Below the pieces are notes generated by a model. It was not told the DNA's origin. It did not search any database and saw nothing but the letters and a program-made list of their open reading frames with translations. A DNA stretch of 64,000 nucleotides, taken from assembly GCA_965223415.1 (NCBI GenBank), contig OZ245002.1, positions 4,928,001 through 4,992,000 on the forward strand. Reading direction: 5' to 3'. The position numbers were made by a program, and so were the translations under genes. Shown in pieces: positions 57,646 through 64,000 of the stretch (within the stretch, counting starts at the first letter, position 1; every line of letters begins with the position of its first letter). The stretch is from Myxococcota bacterium. GTDB taxonomy: Bacteria > Myxococcota_A > UBA9160 > UBA6930.

Positions 57646-58013
57646 GCCTCAGCCTTCGAGGCGCCGAAGAGGAGGATGGCCGTCATGACCACCTCCGCGA
57701 CGATGAAGCCGGTGGCGAACTCGGCGCCGTGAGCCGCCCAGGCGAGGGTGCGGATCACCGCTGCGCCGCCCAGGAGCATGGCGCCGCACAAGAGCCAGGT
57801 GCGCTTCCGGGTCCAGGCGCCGAGCAGGATCGTGGCGGCGGCGGTGGCGAAGAAGGCGCCCAGGTCGCCGACCTGGGTGCTGCGGGCCATCCCATCGAGG
57901 AGCGGCATGGCGAGCCCCTCCGCCGTCGGCCCCGGACGAACCAACCAGCCGATGGCGTTGCCCAGCATCATGAGCCCCGGCAGGGCGACGAGGATCCGGA
58001 TGGGTGTGCTCAC
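57642..58013 (-). CDS. Four-TM hypothetical membrane protein (DUF4345-like)
   Basis: Four hydrophobic helices, ARSTQVGDLGAFF. Start is inferred. Confidence 0.7.
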   Translation of the reverse strand: MSTPIRILVALPGLMMLGNAIGWLVRPGPTAEGLAMPLLDGMARSTQVGDLGAFFATAAATILLGAWTRKRTWLLCGAMLLGGAAVIRTLAWAAHGAEFATGFIVAEVVMTAILLFGASKAEA

Positions 58014-58060
58014 GGGGGCTCCTGGGAGGGATCGCGCGGAGCCTACCATGGCCGGGCCGG

Positions 58061-58486
58061 TCATCGGAACAGCAGCCACTTGCGCACGCCGAAGTTCCAG
58101 CCGAAGACCACGATGGCGGCGATCGCCTTCGAGAGCGTGTAGTGGAAGGACAGGCCGTCGGTGAGGCCCCACATCACGGCCTCATTCAGGGCCAGGCCGG
58201 CCGCACCGATCGCGGCGAACACGCCGAACTCGGCACGGGCGCTGTCGAGGCTGCGGCGCGCGAACACCCAGCGGATGCTGAGTGCGTAGTTCACCACGAG
58301 CCCAATGCCGAAGCCGGCGGCGGCGGCGACCAGGTAGTGCCAACCCGCCCATTCGGTGAGCGCTACGAGGGTGCCGAAGTCCGCGGCGAGGGCCACGCCG
58401 CCCACCATGCCGTAGCGAACGAGCTGGCCGAACGTGTCGTCGCGCCGCCCGGCGAAGAGCCTCCTTGCGGCATGCCACGTCGCCAA
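58061..58486 (-). CDS. GtrA family flippase-like protein
   Basis: RYGMVGG, NYALSIRWVF, WNFGVRKWLLF. Confidence 0.9.
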   Translation of the reverse strand: MATWHAARRLFAGRRDDTFGQLVRYGMVGGVALAADFGTLVALTEWAGWHYLVAAAAGFGIGLVVNYALSIRWVFARRSLDSARAEFGVFAAIGAAGLALNEAVMWGLTDGLSFHYTLSKAIAAIVVFGWNFGVRKWLLFR

Positions 58487-58549
58487 CGATCGTCTCCCCG
58501 GCGAACTCTAGCGTGGCGGCCGCGAGAGGGGTTTCCCACTCTCCGGTCC

Positions 58550-59881
58550 ATGAGCAGGTCGAACGCGACAGCACTTCCGGATCGGGTCCTGCGGCTCGGG
58601 GCCTGGGTGCTCCTCGCGGCGGGCAGCGCGTTTCGCCTCTACTGGGCCTTCGCGAGCCGGGAGAGCTTCGGCCGCGACGGCAACCGGCACGGCACCCTGC
58701 TGGCGCTCGCGCGCAACCTGCAAGAGCGTGGCTTCTACTCCGCCGACGGCATGTTCGCGAACGTCAGCGAAGAGCCGCTCTTCCCGTTCCTGATCGCCCT
58801 GGCCGATGCGCTCCCGGGGCCGCACTGGCTGGGCTTCACCGTCGTGCAGCTCGTCATCACCGCCATCGGCGCCCGGTGCGTCCACCGCTTCTGCACCGCG
58901 TGCGCCCTGCCCCGCTCCCAGGCGCTCCTGGCAACGGCGCTCTTCGTGGCCCATCCCTACCTGGCCAGCCAGGCCGTGGTGATCGCCGATACGCAGCTCT
59001 TCGCGAGCGTCCTGGCGGCGAACGCCGCCGCCTGGGCGGTGCTCCTCGAGCGAAACCGACGATCCGCCGCCATCGCAGCGGGCCTCTGCCTGGCCCTGGG
59101 ATTCGCCACCCGCGGCACGGCCCTGCTCCTGCTGCCGACCCTCGCCGTGTTCTTCGGGCTGCCCCTCTGGATGGAAGGTTGGACCTCTGCACGCCGGCGG
59201 CTTCCTCAACTGGCACTCGCGGCCAGCGTGACACTGGCGGCCCTCTCTCCCTGGCTTCTGCGCAACTGGCTCCTCACCGACCAGCTCTTCATCGCCACAC
59301 ACGGCCGCGCCGAGTTCGCCATCGGAAACAACTCGGTCCTGCGGCAGGCTCTCGAGCTGGGCGTGAGCCTGGACAGCATCGACATCGATCCCGGGGGACA
59401 CATCGCCACGGCCGCCCGGCGCCGCGCCCCCGTGGGCTCCCCGCACTACGAGCTCACCTACGCGAACCTCGCTCGCCAGAAGGGCATCGACTGGATTGGT
59501 GAGCACCCAACCGAGTTCCTGGGCTTGATCCCGCTGCGCTTGCACAGCACCTGGAGCTGGAACCTGACCCCGATCTTTGCCACCGAGGGGACGTTCCGGC
59601 CTAACTACGACCGCCGCGCCACGGTGCTCCGGCTCTACCTCGTCCCGGTCACCCTGCTGGCCCTGCTCGGCTTCCTCCACCCGGGCCTGTGGAGCCGCGG
59701 CACCCTCTTCTGCTCCGCTCTGCTGCTCGCGTTCAGCTGTGCCGTGGCCGTGCTCTACGGCTACACGCGGCTCCGGGCTCCCTTCGACACCTTTCTCGTG
59801 GTTCCGGCGGTGCAGGCGGCGGGGTGGATCCTGGCGACGGGACACCGCGCGGTCCTGGGGGCACGCACCGAGGCTGACTGA
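58550..59881 (+). CDS. ArnT/PMT-like (GT-C) membrane glycosyltransferase
   Basis: Many TM helices, PLFPFLIA, PWLLRNW, R-x-R-x-P near the C-terminus, divergent from GtrA. Confidence 0.72.
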   Translation: MSRSNATALPDRVLRLGAWVLLAAGSAFRLYWAFASRESFGRDGNRHGTLLALARNLQERGFYSADGMFANVSEEPLFPFLIALADALPGPHWLGFTVVQLVITAIGARCVHRFCTACALPRSQALLATALFVAHPYLASQAVVIADTQLFASVLAANAAAWAVLLERNRRSAAIAAGLCLALGFATRGTALLLLPTLAVFFGLPLWMEGWTSARRRLPQLALAASVTLAALSPWLLRNWLLTDQLFIATHGRAEFAIGNNSVLRQALELGVSLDSIDIDPGGHIATAARRRAPVGSPHYELTYANLARQKGIDWIGEHPTEFLGLIPLRLHSTWSWNLTPIFATEGTFRPNYDRRATVLRLYLVPVTLLALLGFLHPGLWSRGTLFCSALLLAFSCAVAVLYGYTRLRAPFDTFLVVPAVQAAGWILATGHRAVLGARTEAD

Positions 59882-59916
59882 CGGGTACACCAGGGCCCCG
59901 GCGTGTGCTGCCGTTC

Positions 59917-60112
59917 TCAGGCGGCCTTCGACGCAGGTGCGCCGGCAGAGAAGTCCTCGAGCGCATCCGTGGCGCGGCGATCGCTGGCCGCCACGACCCG
60001 GAGGTCGGCGACGCCGACGAAGAACGCGCGGGGAATCCCCTCGAAGCCGAGCAGGAACGGGGCCGCCAGGAGCGCAACGCCCGCCAAGGTGTCGAGCGCC
60101 CGATGGACGCAC
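59917..60112 (-). pseudogene. Fragment resembling an SPW-repeat membrane protein C-terminus
   Basis: HRALDTLAGVALLAAPFLLGF without a convincing N-terminus. Confidence 0.35.
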
Positions 60113-60232
60113 CAGGGGCTCGTGGGAGCGGAAGGTCGGGGATCCGGTTCCCCTGCGCGGGCGGGGTGGCGGCAGCGGCGCTCCGTGGCGAAGATCTGTT
60201 GCGGGGCCTCGGCGGGCGCCAAGAGGAGCGAC

Positions 60233-62975
60233 GTGAGCGGCGAGCGGCTGGCCTTCGGCGACTTCGAGCTGGACACCGGCGCGCTCTCTCTCGAGCGGCG
60301 GCGAGCCGATCGACCTTCAGTCGCGCACCTTCGACCTGCTGGCCTACCTGGCTCGCCACCCGGGCCAGGTGCTGTCGCGGGAGCACCTCCTGGCCCAGGT
60401 GTGGGAGGACGTCCACGTGAGCGACGGTGCGCTCAGCACCGCCGTCTACGAGGTGCGGCGTGCCCTCGACGATGCGTCTCGCGAGCCGCCGTGGATCCGC
60501 ACACTGCGTGGCCGGGGCTTCCGCTTCGACGCCGATGTCCGTCGTGTCCTGATCGAGCCTGGCCGTGTCCAGCTGCGCCAAGGGCCACCCTACCTCGGGC
60601 GGGCCCCCCTGCTGCGCGAGCTGTGCGCTTCGCGCGCGGGCCGCGGGCAGCTCGTGCTCCTCGAGGGCGAGGCGGGGATGGGCAAGACCCGCACGGCCCT
60701 CGAGGTGGCTGCGATGGCCGAGGGCTGCGTGGTAGCGCGTGGCTGGTGCGACGAACGCCGGGCGGCTCCAGCCTTCTGGCCGTGGACCCAGGTGCTGCGC
60801 GAGCTCCCGCGCGTCCCGATCTCCGAGGGCGTGGCCGAGGCGCTGGGCCTCGGCGGTGGCGAGGCGGAAGACGCCGGCCTGGCCTGGGACGCGCCGATCC
60901 TCGGCTCGCGCGTCGACGTGCTGGATGGAATCGTCTCGAGCCTGAGGGCCGCAGCATCCGCGCAACCCCTGCTCGTCGTCCTCGAGGACCTCCACGACGC
61001 GGACGGTCCGAGCTTCGCCGCGCTGGAGTTCGTCGCCCGGCGCATGGCCGAGTGGCCGCTGTTCGTGCTCGCAACCTATCGGCCCGACGATCTGGCCGAC
61101 TTGGGCGCCTCGATCGGTGGTGTCGTCTCGCTGCCCCACGTCCGTCAGATGGAGCTCGAGCCCCTCGACCCTGCCCCGATCTTCGCGCTCCTGCACTCCG
61201 CCCTCGGGCGCGCGCCGGCCCAGTGGATCGGTCGCGAGATCTTCGAGCGCTCGGGCGGCAACCCCTTCTTCGCGTGGGCCCTGGCTGGCGAGGTGGACCC
61301 GGTCGAGGGACTCCGGTCCGATCTCCCTCGCGGCGTGCGCGCCGTCTTGAACCGGAGCTTGAACCGGCTTCGCCCCGCGACGCGGGATGCGGTTCGGCTT
61401 GCGGCCGCCCAGGGCGAGGGCTTCGAGGTCGCCGTCGTGGAGGCCCTGGCCGACCCGGGCCTCGCGCCCGATTGGTGCGAGGAGGCACAGCGCCACGGCG
61501 TGCTCGAGCCGGATCGGGGCGATGCCTCGGTCGCTGGGCGTCTCCGCTTCCGGCACGCGTTGCTACGGGAGACGGCGGAGGCCGAGCTCGACGTCAGCCG
61601 CCGTGCCGTGCTCCATCGCCAGCTTGCGGACATTCGCCTGGCCCGGGCCGGGAGGCCTCGCGGGAGGGAGCTCACCGAGATCGCGCACCATCTCGTGCAG
61701 GCGATGCCGGCTTCCAAGGACGGCGCCGAAGCCCTGCGCTATGCGCGTGCGGCTGCCGAAGAGGCGCTACGCGCGTCGGCCTGGGAGACCTGCGACCAGC
61801 ACAGCGCAGCCGCCTTGCAGATCCTGGAGGGCGAGCCCGACCGCCACTCGCCTCACGACCTGCTCGAGGTGCTCGCGCTGCGTTGCGTGGCGCTCAACTC
61901 TCGCGGCGGTCGCGAGCAGGAGACCAGCGACCTGCTCGCGAAGGCGGCTACCTGGCTCGATCAGGCGGGGAACGACGAAGAAGACCTCCGGGTCGTGTTC
62001 GCGGGCCTCGAGTTCGTCCACGCGGGGAACCTGGGCCACTACGAGCGGGCGCGGCGCGGTGTCGAGGCCCTGCGACGAGCCGCCACCGCGCCTCCCGGCA
62101 TGGCCGAGGTGTGGGCAGCCACCCTCCGCGCCATCGGCGGCGAGTTCGCGCCCGCCCGCGCGGTCGATCCCGAGGCGCTCCTCGAGGAGCGAAGCCCGGC
62201 CTTCTCCCGCCATCTCCTCCAGGATCCGGAGGTGGTCGGGCTGGCCATCGGCGCCGTGGCCTGCCTGGCCTACGGGGACGAACGCGGTGCGCTCCGGCGG
62301 CTGCCGGCCTCGGTCGCCAAGGCCCAGGAGCGGCGGGACCCGTACAGCGAGGCGATGGCCCACTTCGTGGCCTGCATCGTCCATGACCTGCGCGGAGATG
62401 CGGACGCCCTCGAGGCCTCGGCCGCCCGCGTCGACCCGCTCTGCACGGACCACGGGATCGCGCGTTTCCTGGGTGCGGGCTTCATGTTCGATGCCTGGGC
62501 GGCGGAGCTTCGCGGTGAGCCGAAGCTCCCCCTGACCAACCTGGCGAGCGTCCTCGCGCCGCGCTTCGAGCGACCGGAAGGCGGCGGCTATCGGGGCTAC
62601 ATCCAGGACCTGGTCGCGCGGATCTTCGAGCGCACCGGCAACCTCGACGAAGCGAGCCGCCACGCCGCTGCGGTCAGGGCCTGGGCCGAACAGCACGGCG
62701 AGCGTTGGGTCCTTTGCGAGACCTGGCGGTTGGTCGGGCGGCTGGCCCAGAAGGGAGGCCAGGCGTCGGAAGCGCGCGACGCGTGGCGCGCCGCCGTGGA
62801 TCTGGCCCGCCTTCAGGATGCGGCGCTCTTCGAGCTGCGCGCCTGGCTCGACCTCCACGCCCACGGCGATCCGGGCGCCGCCGCCGAAGTCGAGCGACTG
62901 CTCCGGGCCGGGCGTGAGCTGACGGTGGCGGACCGTACGGCCGCGTCACGCCGCCTGAAGGAGGCTTCCGAATAG
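60233..62975 (+). pseudogene. Winged-helix (OmpR/CadC-type) + AAA ATPase + TPR-like regulator, frameshifted near 60295-60305
   Basis: LAFGDFELD in one frame, then EPIDLQSRTFDLLAYL..IRTLRGRGFRF, GEAGMGKT, LEDLH, GGNPFF and FRHALLRE in another. Confidence 0.8.
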
Positions 62976-63012
62976 TCGGCCACCACAAGGAAGGCCCGGT
63001 TCGGGCCCGGGC

Positions 63013-64000
63013 TCAGTCGATCAACGAGGCGTGCACCAGGTCCGACAGGCGCTGGTGCCGCTCGGTGGAGCGCGTCTCCTCCATCAGTCCCGTCGACAGG
63101 AACGCGTAGCTGAGCTCCTTCTCGGGATCGACGTGGAAGGCGGTGGACCCTGCGCCGACGCCGCCGAAGCTGCGCGGGCTCGCCAGCGAGCCCAGAGGGG
63201 TGGGATGGGTCCCCTCGCCGCGGAGGAAGAAACCCAGGCCGAGGTAGGCCGGGAAGACCGGCCATCCCCGCGCACCCACCGCGTAGTCCCAGATGTCGTT
63301 GGGCATGTCTCCCGTCTGGTTCCGGGTGGCGAACTCGAGGGTCGCGGGTGAGAGGACGCGCGCGCCGTCCAGCTCCCCGCCGTTGCGGAGCATCTCCGCG
63401 AAGCGCGCGAAGTCGGAGATCGTGGTCACGTAGCCGCCCGCCGGGATCTCGGTCTCGGGCTGGAGCATGACGTTCCAGGCCTCGAGCATGACCGGATCGA
63501 GGAGCCCATCGGAGCGATCGCGCACGACGATCCGGCAGAACCGCTTGCGCAGGTCGTCCGGCAGCCCCAGCGCGGTCTCCGTCATGCCGATCGGGTCGAA
63601 GACCTCCTCCTTCACGATCTGCCGGAACGGGCGGTGCCCGCCGTCCACCCGCCGCACCATCTCCGCCATCACCGCGTGGCCGGGAAGGATCGAGTAGCGC
63701 ACGCGGTCGCCCGGAATCGACTCCGGTGCCGTCGCGCACATGGCGGCCACGAACGCCTGGAGATCGCCCATCGACTGGGGCGGCAGCGTGGGAGGCGGCA
63801 GCGCGGCGATCCCGCTGGTGTGGCTCAGCAGCTGGCCGAGGTTCAAGCGGCCCTTGCCGTTGGCGCCAAACTCCGGGATCACCTCCGCCACCGGCGTGTG
63901 CAGCTGGAGCAGGCCCTTCTCGATGCACTGGAGTACCGCCACGGCGGTCATCTGCTTGCCGGAGGAGAAGGTCGCGAAGACGGCATCGCGCGCGAGCGGG
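63013..64000 (-). CDS. Serine hydrolase / beta-lactamase family protein (5' end outside window)
   Basis: FSSGK (SxxK), LLSHTSG, RYS, LGLGF. Confidence 0.9.
   Translation of the reverse strand, partial: PLARDAVFATFSSGKQMTAVAVLQCIEKGLLQLHTPVAEVIPEFGANGKGRLNLGQLLSHTSGIAALPPPTLPPQSMGDLQAFVAAMCATAPESIPGDRVRYSILPGHAVMAEMVRRVDGGHRPFRQIVKEEVFDPIGMTETALGLPDDLRKRFCRIVVRDRSDGLLDPVMLEAWNVMLQPETEIPAGGYVTTISDFARFAEMLRNGGELDGARVLSPATLEFATRNQTGDMPNDIWDYAVGARGWPVFPAYLGLGFFLRGEGTHPTPLGSLASPRSFGGVGAGSTAFHVDPEKELSYAFLSTGLMEETRSTERHQRLSDLVHASLID

Overview
High-GC bacterial chromosomal segment. The gene repertoire (pcm-nlpD-apt, PEP-CTERM, many F420-type LLM, SDR and Rieske enzymes) suggests a Myxococcota/deltaproteobacterial-like organism, which is an inference. 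The left ~9.5 kb is accessory. It holds an IS110 element (1080-2541) inserted at a CT core inside the 3' half of a tRNA-Arg(UCG), an att-like fragment on the minus strand. The element's non-coding left end contains a readable bridge RNA whose four guides match the tRNA target (CCCGACC-CT-CAGGT) and the element's own donor junction (ACGGTAT-CT-TGTAT). Next come an IS21 (istAB), a membrane-protein ORF flanked by direct repeats, and an ABC-ATPase + DUF4276/TOPRIM-like pair (candidate defence system). Further on are a partial aryl-polyene-like lipid cluster (10.7-18.2 kb) and a three-gene unit of signal-less S8 protease, stand-alone copy of its prodomain and NucA-like endonuclease (18.4-20.9 kb). 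The rest contains housekeeping/catabolic genes, a REP-like doublet, an ISNCY-type IS with a 7-bp target duplication, a DUF2946-like leader before a His/Met-rich outer-membrane barrel, a minimal PEP-CTERM peptide before an Lnt homologue, and two damaged genes. No CRISPR array, rRNA or intact tRNA was seen. All calls are from motif recognition by eye, and no database searches were run.
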